This document shows, in pieces, positions 23,466 through 30,640 of a stretch of 30,649 bases of DNA. Source of the stretch: an uncultured Gammaproteobacteria bacterium. Lineage in GTDB: Bacteria > Patescibacteriota > Patescibacteriia > 2-12-FULL-60-25. The DNA is taken from positions 1-30,649 of the forward strand of contig CAZIMD010000006.1 of the NCBI GenBank assembly GCA_964540365.1, given 5' to 3'. Within the stretch, counting starts at the first letter, position 1; every line of letters begins with the position of its first letter. A program made the translations under genes and the position numbers. The notes below the pieces were generated by a model. That model did no database searches and was not told the DNA's origin. It was given only the letters and a program-made list of their open reading frames with translations.

Positions 23466-26057
23466 CTATACGAGTACGACGTGCGATGGTCTCTTTGGAG
23501 GAATGGGGTAATGCAAGTCCTTGTTCGTCGTCATTGAATTTACCTTAGATGGAATATTTGGTACTCCAAAAGCCAAACTGTCGATATAAGGCTGCAACTG
23601 CTTCCGCTCTTCATCTGAGAGCTCGGCAATAAGAACTTGATGCGCATCTTGAATAGTGATTTCCGCAAGACCATCTGACCCTCTGGCCATGGCTCGCATC
23701 TGAACCGCGTAGGCTTCTGTGCATAAGAATGCGCAGAGGTCCGTAATGAGATGCTCTTTCCCTTTTTTTAATCTCATCCTGTGACAGCCGTTTGTAAAAA
23801 CTATCCGTCCACTACATTCGTTGGGAGCAATACACCATTTTGTAACGCTTCCCCATATAGATCCGATAAAAATGTCTCCCGGTTCAGCAAAGTGCTTAGC
23901 ACGCTGAGGCAGCTCCCATCCTCTTAGTTCTGTTGAAGAAAAGTAGCCTTCTCCAATATCTTGTATCTCAACGTAATTGTATATACGATCAATTTTTTTC
24001 TTATTTTTTTCGCCAGCCGCAGTAGTATTTTCGTCGATAAAATCAACGACGTCCCCAAGCTTGAAATGCTTTCGGTTCTGCATCTGGTCTCTTAGATTCC
24101 TATATTTTTTACAATATCGTTTTGGGTCAAGTGTGAGATCATTATCCGTTAGGACATCTAGAATAGGCACGCTCCAGCCACACTGCTTAACAGGTTTTTC
24201 ATGTCCCTGAACAAGCCAAGGGCTTTCTAGCGCAGCCTCGCTACTGCGTAAGCCCTGTAAAGCTGATTCAAAATCAGAATCCAACTTTTTATTTCCTTCA
24301 TCGTCAATAATATAGCTACCGTCTTCTGCGTTGCGTAGATACCTAGGGTCAGCCTTCTTGTCGCCTAAATTCCAGCCTACGTTTTCAATCATTTCAACAG
24401 CAAAACCGTAGTCTCCTTCGTCATGAATGGACTCAAGGGCGACTTCTCTTTTTTGAAAATAAACAACGCTTGCACTTACATCGGCTCCACTAGTTTTGAA
24501 TGTGAATCTTGGGAATGAGCATATGGCCACAAGACGACAATGACGTAGCAGCCAGTCTCTGAGGAGCCTGTATCTCTGGGATCTATTACCCAGATAACCG
24601 TTAGGCAGAATGATGGCTATTCTCCCACCTGGTTTAGCTTGTTTTACACATAACTCAGCAAAGAGGATGCCTGTCTGCTGAGAATCTAATAGTGCATCCT
24701 TTTTATTGAATTTTCCGTCGGAAAGCTCCTCCCACTCATGACCCATGTCGAATTTTCTTAGAGTGGCCGTATTTTTTTCGGTGATTTTTACACCAAATGG
24801 TGGGTTGCAAACAACGATTTCATATTGATCTTCTTTTTCATCTACAACGGCAAGAGAATCTTCTTCAATTATGTTCGATTTCCCATCACCATTTAGCATC
24901 ATATTAAGTATCGCGACCTGTACAGCGTTTTTGGAGTTGTCTGCTCCCCAAATACAGCTTGCGTAATTAGGATCAGAATCTCGGCGCCTATGAAATGCGG
25001 CGGTTAAAAAATCTGCACTTCCGCATGCGGGGTCTTTAATATGCTCACTAAATTGCGGGTTTAGGATGTCTACAATAAAATCCGTGACTGTAGGAGGCGT
25101 GAAATATTGAGCCAGATCCCATTTGTAGAGACCTTTCGCAAACTTCATGTAGAAAGACTGTACCACCTCTCTTTTTGAGGCCGTAATCCTGATAGGCGCA
25201 AGTACCCTACAGATTTCAAAAAAGATTTTGATTGTTACTTTGCTCGATAGCCTTGTTTCGACGGGCCGAGGCAAATGGCGCTGATAGTAGCTAACTGATT
25301 TTTCTAGAGTATCGTTAAACTGCCTAAGCGCAGAGGCTCCATCGTAGCCCAAAGATTCATAATCTTGTATGTTTAATTCTGAAGATGGGCTACTCTGATG
25401 ACCGTGCTCATCAAAAAGTTTAGCGAGAATCAACTGCAGAATAATACCAAAACGCTGCTCTGGATCGATCGACCCACTATGAAGCAGATTCTCAATTCTA
25501 TCGAATAGGGACAATAAGTTCTCTGAGGCCTTGGTATCTTGATAAGCGAGAGGCTTTAAGGAAATCGCTCCTCCGAACCTCGGCAAAATGGCCAATGGCC
25601 CCTCTTTAACTTGTTTTTTTCCTTGAAAGCGCTCATGCCAGAACACCCTCTGGTCAACATTATCCCAATATAGAGCGATGCATCTATCAAGTTTTGCAAA
25701 GTCCAGCAAGGGTTTTACCTGTGTATTTTTTACGTATTCATGATTTGCGTTTTCTCGTTTTACTTCACATAGCAGGATCGCATGTTCGAGCAAGGTATCA
25801 ACATCACCGGCAGGGATAGAATCAACTGGAACATCTAGAACGGCAAAATCGGCTCTCACGCTATTCCTGCCAGAATTACCGAATTGTTTTACAACCACTT
25901 CAATCTTAAAATGGCCTCTTGGGTATCCAAGCCTAAGTAGGTATTTAATAGCCTCAACCCGATAACACTCCTCAAGCGGCCCTAAGCCATCCCTGCTGGT
26001 TGTCCTGGCCTTTAACGTGCCGCGAATAGGACATTGCAGCGTAAGAGGTGATTGCAT
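23466..26057 (-). CDS. Type IIG-like restriction-modification fusion (PD-(D/E)XK nuclease + amino-MTase + TRD)
   Basis: N-terminal 'RADFAVLD...LLCEVKR'; 'AQYFTP', 'DPACGSADFL' (motif I), 'NPPF' (motif IV); C-terminal specificity-like domain 'FKLGDVVDF...YVEIQDI...PGDIFIGSI'. Confidence 0.85.
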   Translation of the reverse strand: MQSPLTLQCPIRGTLKARTTSRDGLGPLEECYRVEAIKYLLRLGYPRGHFKIEVVVKQFGNSGRNSVRADFAVLDVPVDSIPAGDVDTLLEHAILLCEVKRENANHEYVKNTQVKPLLDFAKLDRCIALYWDNVDQRVFWHERFQGKKQVKEGPLAILPRFGGAISLKPLAYQDTKASENLLSLFDRIENLLHSGSIDPEQRFGIILQLILAKLFDEHGHQSSPSSELNIQDYESLGYDGASALRQFNDTLEKSVSYYQRHLPRPVETRLSSKVTIKIFFEICRVLAPIRITASKREVVQSFYMKFAKGLYKWDLAQYFTPPTVTDFIVDILNPQFSEHIKDPACGSADFLTAAFHRRRDSDPNYASCIWGADNSKNAVQVAILNMMLNGDGKSNIIEEDSLAVVDEKEDQYEIVVCNPPFGVKITEKNTATLRKFDMGHEWEELSDGKFNKKDALLDSQQTGILFAELCVKQAKPGGRIAIILPNGYLGNRSQRYRLLRDWLLRHCRLVAICSFPRFTFKTSGADVSASVVYFQKREVALESIHDEGDYGFAVEMIENVGWNLGDKKADPRYLRNAEDGSYIIDDEGNKKLDSDFESALQGLRSSEAALESPWLVQGHEKPVKQCGWSVPILDVLTDNDLTLDPKRYCKKYRNLRDQMQNRKHFKLGDVVDFIDENTTAAGEKNKKKIDRIYNYVEIQDIGEGYFSSTELRGWELPQRAKHFAEPGDIFIGSIWGSVTKWCIAPNECSGRIVFTNGCHRMRLKKGKEHLITDLCAFLCTEAYAVQMRAMARGSDGLAEITIQDAHQVLIAELSDEERKQLQPYIDSLAFGVPNIPSKVNSMTTNKDLHYPIPPKRPSHVVLV

Positions 26058-26071
26058 AGAGTTGATGGATT

Positions 26072-26245
26072 TTAGTTTTTGGTAGCCTCAATGAATTCGT
26101 TAAATGTTTTGCGACTAATGCGGTATTCCTTACCAATTTTGGAAGCAGTCAGCTTTTTTGCCTTAATCCAGCGATAGATCGTCATCTTGTTTACACGGAG
26201 TTTTTCTGCCAGTTCCTCAACCCGGTAAAAATCCAGCTCATTCAT
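26072..26245 (-). CDS. Excisionase-like HTH DNA-binding protein (57 aa)
   Basis: Manual ORF MNELDFYRVEELAEKLRVNKMTIYRWIKAKKLTASKIGKEYRISRKTFNEFIEATKN, matching the HTH_17/xis pattern. Confidence 0.85.
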   Translation of the reverse strand: MNELDFYRVEELAEKLRVNKMTIYRWIKAKKLTASKIGKEYRISRKTFNEFIEATKN

Positions 26246-26258
26246 AGTTGATAATAGC

Positions 26259-27446
26259 TTACATTGTCACGCTCGTTTCAGCAACGCCCCCGAGCATAAG
26301 GTCAAGGTCTTCTGGGAGGATTGGCGTAAAGGTTTTAAGTTTCTGGTGAAGGTAGGCTAAAACGTTGATCTTGTCCTTTGATGCCTTGGCGTCGAACAGG
26401 ACTGCTTCAACCAGCTTGCGGTAGCGATTTGCGGATGACTTGCCTATCGCGTCTCGCAACTCATCGGTCGCCCGCTTTAGCCCGAGTTTACGAACACGGT
26501 GCGCCAATAGGTACAAAGCCCCCTGCTGACCAAACCCTCGTACGCTGGTCTTTATGACGTTATACAGCTCCGCGTCCTTTAGTCCGCCCAGATAGACCAG
26601 CCCGCCATACCCTTGAATGTAAATCTGCTCGAACGTCCGCAAGAGCATGGCTTGGGAGATGTCCGTCCGTAGCGCTTCGCCTAACGTAAAATCCTTCTTC
26701 TTGTTCGGATAGTACTTTCGTAGAGTCGCCTCAACCGTCTGCTTCAATTGCAGCGACAGCTCCATACGCAGTGCTCCCCGCTGGAACTTGCCTTGCGCGT
26801 AGTGCTGCTTGACCTCCCTCTCTACCAGCGTTGACCCGTTGGCGCAGATTTCCTCGAACTTATCGTAGATCACAAAGCCTTGAGACGAGTTGAAGAACTT
26901 GAGATAGAACCCGTCTTTTCCGTGGTGATAATTGACCTTATTGAAATCGGAAGACTGCTTGCGATCATGCTCCGATAGCGCACGGATAATCGCCGCCGTA
27001 CTCCCGTAACTTGGGCTAATCTTGAGTATCTTTGAGTAATCAACGCGCTGAACGATTGCGTCCATAACCGCCTCTTCTGACACTCCTATCTTGATTTCCG
27101 CCAACGCAGTCTTGAGCTTGGAGGCGATAAGGGGCAAAAAGCGAGAGTCGATGTCGAAGAGGCTGATGCCGTAGATCAGTTTGGGGAGGGATACCTGTAC
27201 GAGTAGATGCTTCTCATCTGTGAACTTTCCGCACGAGCCCTTGATAAGCCTTTGGTCGTACATGATGTTTACCTGCGGGAAGTACCGACCCTCAGTCTTG
27301 GCTTTGGTTGGATAGTCAGTAAAGCGCGTCCAATGCCTCCCCACAATCCCAAACTTGCCGCGAAACTCCTGCATCTTTGCCTTTGAAAAGCGTTCGTCCG
27401 TATAGAGGATGAAGTCCTTGATCTTGAGAACGACGGAATCAATCAT
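26259..27446 (-). CDS. Rolling-circle replication initiator/relaxase-like protein (Rep_trans / phage gene II-X superfamily)
   Basis: 'MIDSV' start, 'QVSLPKLIYG', 'VQRVDYS', 'FVIYDKFEE' (Y-x-K-x-x-E, candidate catalytic Tyr), 'ALRMELSL', in the order typical of this superfamily. Confidence 0.65.
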   Translation of the reverse strand: MIDSVVLKIKDFILYTDERFSKAKMQEFRGKFGIVGRHWTRFTDYPTKAKTEGRYFPQVNIMYDQRLIKGSCGKFTDEKHLLVQVSLPKLIYGISLFDIDSRFLPLIASKLKTALAEIKIGVSEEAVMDAIVQRVDYSKILKISPSYGSTAAIIRALSEHDRKQSSDFNKVNYHHGKDGFYLKFFNSSQGFVIYDKFEEICANGSTLVEREVKQHYAQGKFQRGALRMELSLQLKQTVEATLRKYYPNKKKDFTLGEALRTDISQAMLLRTFEQIYIQGYGGLVYLGGLKDAELYNVIKTSVRGFGQQGALYLLAHRVRKLGLKRATDELRDAIGKSSANRYRKLVEAVLFDAKASKDKINVLAYLHQKLKTFTPILPEDLDLMLGGVAETSVTM

Positions 27447-27604
27447 AGTGTCGGCTGTGGTTTATTGATACGGCGTTCGATGTTGTATAGGGTCTCAAAG
27501 AATCCGATCAGGTTTTTACCCGCGTCTTTGACTACCTCTGCGGGTATCCCGAGCTCTTCAAGAAGATACCGTTTTGCCAATTGGTCGGCATTTTCGGACA
27601 ACAT
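27443..27604 (-). CDS. Small hypothetical protein (53 aa) coupled to rep
   Basis: Manual ORF MLSENADQLAKRYLLEELGIPAEVVKDAGKNLIGFFETLYNIERRINKPQPTL; GGAG upstream; ATGA overlap with rep. Confidence 0.65.
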   Translation of the reverse strand: MLSENADQLAKRYLLEELGIPAEVVKDAGKNLIGFFETLYNIERRINKPQPTL

Positions 27605-27719
27605 AAAACTCCGTAGGGCTTAGCCACACGGAGCTTGTTCGGATCGTATACGGCTTGCCGCTTGCGCGTAGCCGCTCTATAATCCGTTTGCGTGATGCTT
27701 CCGTAAGGAATCGTCCCAT
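27558..27719 (-). CDS. Possible small basic protein (53 aa)
   Basis: Manual ORF MGRFLTEASRKRIIERLRASGK...; overlaps the next ORF by 47 nt; weak support. Confidence 0.3.
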   Translation of the reverse strand: MGRFLTEASRKRIIERLRASGKPYTIRTSSVWLSPTEFYVVRKCRPIGKTVSS

Positions 27720-27783
27720 TAGATCGCCTGTTACAGCAGGCGGTTTATTTGTTATTGAGTGAATGGTAGTGCATATAGGCTAC

Positions 27784-28473
27784 TTAGAAGGGTAGATTAT
27801 CCCAGTCGATTGCCGAGAATGACCATTTCAGCCTGTACTGGTCTACGCAGATTTCCATCGTTTTAGGCGAGACGCAGAACGTATCGGCCAAGGTACGGAT
27901 GTCCTTTTCCCGCTTGTAGGCATCCGCGAGCAGAGGCGCGGGGACGAGGTAGTACGACGCGATATTTTCTGCGATACGCTCGATCAGCTTCCCTCGCACT
28001 TCGGCTGACGGCAACGCTTCCATGGAAGACCGAAAGTGCGGGTCAAGGCGCTGGTATACGTGGATGAACTCGTGAGCAACCGAGAAACGTTTTCTGGTCT
28101 GCGGACAGTTCGAGGCGTAGTAAATCTTGATCGTGTCTCCCTCGATAACATGACAGCCATGGACTCCGGGAAGGGTCGTATTATCGAAACCGTAATACTC
28201 GATCTTGAATCCGCTCAGGTAACGCTCAAAGGGCTTGAAGCTGATAGGGATCGTCAGGGTTGGATCAGCAATCAAGATATTGTCTATAGCCTCTCGAAAA
28301 TAGGCTTGCCAGTGCTTGAGCTGGGAGTAGTAGAGCTGCTTCAGCGGGTACGGAAGATGGAACGACTTATGACGTAATGCATGGCTGTATGAAAGGTCGG
28401 AGAAGTCGTATAGCCAGAAATCGAGAGGATCAGCTTGTTTAGTTTTTGCGCTTATGACGGATAAACTCGACAT
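27784..28473 (-). CDS. ImmA/IrrE family zinc metallopeptidase
   Basis: 'RKRFSVAHEFIH' (HExxH) and 'ERIAENIASYYLVP'; directly downstream of an XRE gene. Start uncertain. Confidence 0.88.
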   Translation of the reverse strand: MSSLSVISAKTKQADPLDFWLYDFSDLSYSHALRHKSFHLPYPLKQLYYSQLKHWQAYFREAIDNILIADPTLTIPISFKPFERYLSGFKIEYYGFDNTTLPGVHGCHVIEGDTIKIYYASNCPQTRKRFSVAHEFIHVYQRLDPHFRSSMEALPSAEVRGKLIERIAENIASYYLVPAPLLADAYKREKDIRTLADTFCVSPKTMEICVDQYRLKWSFSAIDWDNLPF

Positions 28474-28786
28474 ACTGGATTACATCCTTGACTTCTGGAA
28501 CGGTCAGGCCGAAACCGTCGCTACGCAAGGCATTTTGAAGAATTAGACTGGTGTTAGGGGTCTTGTCGTCTTCAAGCAGGCCGATGTCGGACAAAAAGTC
28601 CTTCAACGAAAGCTCAAGCCCCTTAGCCAATTTTTGACACACATCAAGAGTGAGGCTCTGGTAGCCTCCACTCTCAAGACGACTTATATACGCGACGGAA
28701 ACGCCGGCGGCTTTTGCGAGTTCGGTCTGGGTTAGGCCAGATTTCTCTCGCATAGTCTTCATTTGCTTGGCAATGATGTTACTCAT
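28439..28786 (-). CDS. XRE-family HTH repressor (ImmR-like)
   Basis: 'MKTMREKSGLTQTELAKAAGVSVAYISRLESG...LTLDVCQKLAKGLELS', with a C-terminal helix 'VKDVIQYVEFIR'. Confidence 0.92.
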   Translation of the reverse strand: MSNIIAKQMKTMREKSGLTQTELAKAAGVSVAYISRLESGGYQSLTLDVCQKLAKGLELSLKDFLSDIGLLEDDKTPNTSLILQNALRSDGFGLTVPEVKDVIQYVEFIRHKRKN

Positions 28787-28794
28787 ACTACAAC

Positions 28795-28828
28795 ATAGTA
28801 AAAGATGACTTGCCGATTGTCAAATCGG
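28795..28828 (-). promoter_or_regulatory. Leaderless repressor promoter with overlapping palindromic operator
   Basis: Minus strand TTGACA (28823-28818)-17 nt-TACTAT (28800-28795)-8 nt-ATG. The inverted repeat CCGATT-GTCA-AATCGG (28813-28828) covers the -35 box. Confidence 0.75.
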
Positions 28829-28874
28829 ACTACGCAGTTTGTAAAAACGTGGCTCCTTGTGGTAGCCTCAAAAC

Positions 28875-30014
28875 ATGGGAACACATATCACGCTTAATTT
28901 GGGGGAGCTCAATATCCACTGGGGGAAAAACGAATGCTGGTTTGACCATAGCCCCTTATTTCAGGTAAACGACGTAAAAAAGAGCCTAGATAGCCAGATC
29001 GACGCGAGCGAAACAGAACAACCGACAGAAAGAGAGATCTGCACCAGAAGGCTCCGGGACGTAGCTCCTCGTTTAGAATTGCTCGGCTATAGCAAGGATT
29101 CACTACGTCGAGACTTCCGTGGCTTGGAGATAGATGGCAAAAAGATAAAATCATTCAAGAGAATCGAGGATGCTTTCCTGAAAACATCGGCGTCAGGTTG
29201 CCAAGGGTACTTCTTGGAAAGCGAAGGCATCGTTATTGATCCGTGGATCGTCTTACGGCTTTTAGCCCTAAATAAACAAAATCTTGATGTACCGCTTTCA
29301 TGGAACTTTCATGACTGGGTCGAAAATGGCTGGGGCAATAGAAGCTGGATCATGCAAGGATTGCCAGATGCGCAAAAGTTCTTGCTTTTGACGGAAGGCA
29401 AATCTGATGCAGATATTCTCAAAAAGGCATTCGATCTTTTGCGGCCTGACGTTGCTGATTTCTTTAGGTTTGTGAATATGGAGCGCCACCCTTTTGGTGG
29501 CGAAGGAGGGCTACGCAATTTTTGCCGAGGGCTGGTAAACATCGGCCACAGCAACTTCACACTTGCTATCTACGACAATGATACGGCTGGCATCGGTGGT
29601 ATGCTCGACAGTAAAAATCTAAAAATGCCAAAAAACATGCGTGTAATGAGCCTTCCAAGTATGAAGGAATTCAGCCGCTTTGCGACCCTTGGCCCAAACG
29701 GAGAACGTAAAGAGAACATCAATGGACGAGCTGTAGCCATTGAATGCTTTCTTGATTTGCATCATGGGGGCATGGAAGAGCCAAAAGTTCGCTGGAAAGG
29801 CTTTGATGAGAAGGCAGGCAAGTATCAGGGTGAACTCATCAATAAACATGAATACGCAAAGGAGTTTTCAAAACTAAGCACAAGAGATCGTGGCTATTCT
29901 TTTGAAAAACTTGAGCATCTACTAGACGCGATTATCGCGGAGTGCGTTGGTATCGCAGGCGATTTGCGACGCCATGCATGGAATCAGGCAGCTTTCGATA
30001 ATGCCACTATGTGA
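28875..30014 (+). CDS. HEPN/Toprim-associated N-terminal domain + TOPRIM (OLD-like) nuclease, candidate defence protein
   Basis: N-terminus 'MGTHITLNLGELNIHWGKN...DHSPLFQ..D' resembles HEPN/Toprim-associated N domains; TOPRIM motifs 'LLTEGKSDA', 'FGG', 'IYDNDTAG' (DxD). Confidence 0.7.
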   Translation: MGTHITLNLGELNIHWGKNECWFDHSPLFQVNDVKKSLDSQIDASETEQPTEREICTRRLRDVAPRLELLGYSKDSLRRDFRGLEIDGKKIKSFKRIEDAFLKTSASGCQGYFLESEGIVIDPWIVLRLLALNKQNLDVPLSWNFHDWVENGWGNRSWIMQGLPDAQKFLLLTEGKSDADILKKAFDLLRPDVADFFRFVNMERHPFGGEGGLRNFCRGLVNIGHSNFTLAIYDNDTAGIGGMLDSKNLKMPKNMRVMSLPSMKEFSRFATLGPNGERKENINGRAVAIECFLDLHHGGMEEPKVRWKGFDEKAGKYQGELINKHEYAKEFSKLSTRDRGYSFEKLEHLLDAIIAECVGIAGDLRRHAWNQAAFDNATM

Positions 30015-30109
30015 TCTTCGAGCTGACAAGCGAAAACCGGGATACGTTGGAGCTGGCGATAAATAACTCCCCAATCCAAAGTTCCGAAATCGTCTACTAT
30101 GGCCTGCCA
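29984..30109 (-). other. Detached alternative 3' end of the recombinase gene, used in the excised/attP form
   Basis: Reads WQAIVDDFGTLDWGVIYRQLQRIPVFACQLEDHIVALSKAA-stop, starting in the same att-core codons (TGG CAG) as the LSR's WQ at attL. Confidence 0.6.
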
Positions 30110-30111
30110 CG
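30103..30111 (+). repeat. attR core CCTGCCACG
   Basis: Exact copy of 21963-21971, followed by a terminator hairpin as the tRNA copy is. Confidence 0.7.
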
Positions 30112-30112
30112 G

Positions 30113-30145
30113 AAAAATATCCGCTAGAACAAGCGGGTATTTTTT
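30113..30145 (+). terminator. Intrinsic, possibly bidirectional, terminator after attR
   Basis: AAAAATATCCGCT-AGAACA-AGCGGGTATTTTT-T. Confidence 0.7.
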
Positions 30146-30202
30146 AGAGGAGGAGGAAATTGAGCTTCCCTGAAGCATGTCGGGGTACCCATTCCGTAAA
30201 AG

Positions 30203-30628
30203 ATGCCCGTATTGAATGAGTCTGGTATTTTAAGAATGACGAATATGAAGATTTCAAACGCCGTGGGAACGAAAAGCCCTTTACTCGTTATCAGTTTATG
30301 TATAGGTCTTTTTTTCGCCATTGTGACTCGAGCATCCTTTTTTGTTATTTCATATGACCTCGCTTATATCCAAGTGAGAAATATTTATTTGCGTCCTCCC
30401 CTTAAAGAGTTCGATATAACGAATAGAGGTAAAACCGTTTTGGGTCTGTCAGGTTTTCCGTTTAGGACATATTCAGATTGTACGATAGGCATCCACGGAA
30501 CGCTTCCAAAACCAGCCTGTGAAAGAACATCTCTTATTGGCGAGTTCTCGATTCTGTTCAATATCCTTTTCTGGAGCGGGGCTGTGTATTTGTTTTTAAG
30601 ACTACTGGGCCATCTCCGATCGTCCTAA
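30203..30628 (+). CDS. Hypothetical two-TM membrane protein
   Basis: N- and C-terminal hydrophobic helices around a loop containing 'GFPF'. Start uncertain (30203, 30236 or 30245). Confidence 0.6.
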   Translation: MPVLNESGILRMTNMKISNAVGTKSPLLVISLCIGLFFAIVTRASFFVISYDLAYIQVRNIYLRPPLKEFDITNRGKTVLGLSGFPFRTYSDCTIGIHGTLPKPACERTSLIGEFSILFNILFWSGAVYLFLRLLGHLRSS

Positions 30629-30640
30629 CGTTCATCACGA

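Larger units (their letters stand above)
21963..30111. mobile_element. Integrative element (~8.14 kb) at the tRNA-Trp 3' end
   Basis: Flanking 9-bp direct repeats, abrupt drop in GC (by eye), LSR at the left boundary, xis-like, Rep-like, XRE/ImmA and defence cargo genes. Confidence 0.85.

Noticed and set aside
22134-24210. Short plus-strand ORFs within the LSR and R-M genes
   Set aside because: Antisense to well-supported genes, with no motifs or start signals.
30070-30111. Inverted-repeat symmetry in the reconstructed attP (TCGTC...GACGA)
   Set aside because: The symmetry centre falls at or just outside the edge of the shared core and the match is short, so it is too weak to define LSR binding arms.
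29984-30178. 64-aa minus-strand ORF as an independent gene or HepT/DUF86 fragment
   Set aside because: No RxxxxH motif. Its first ~23 codons cross a terminator hairpin outside attR. Only the part from the att core onward is interpretable, as the alternative LSR tail.
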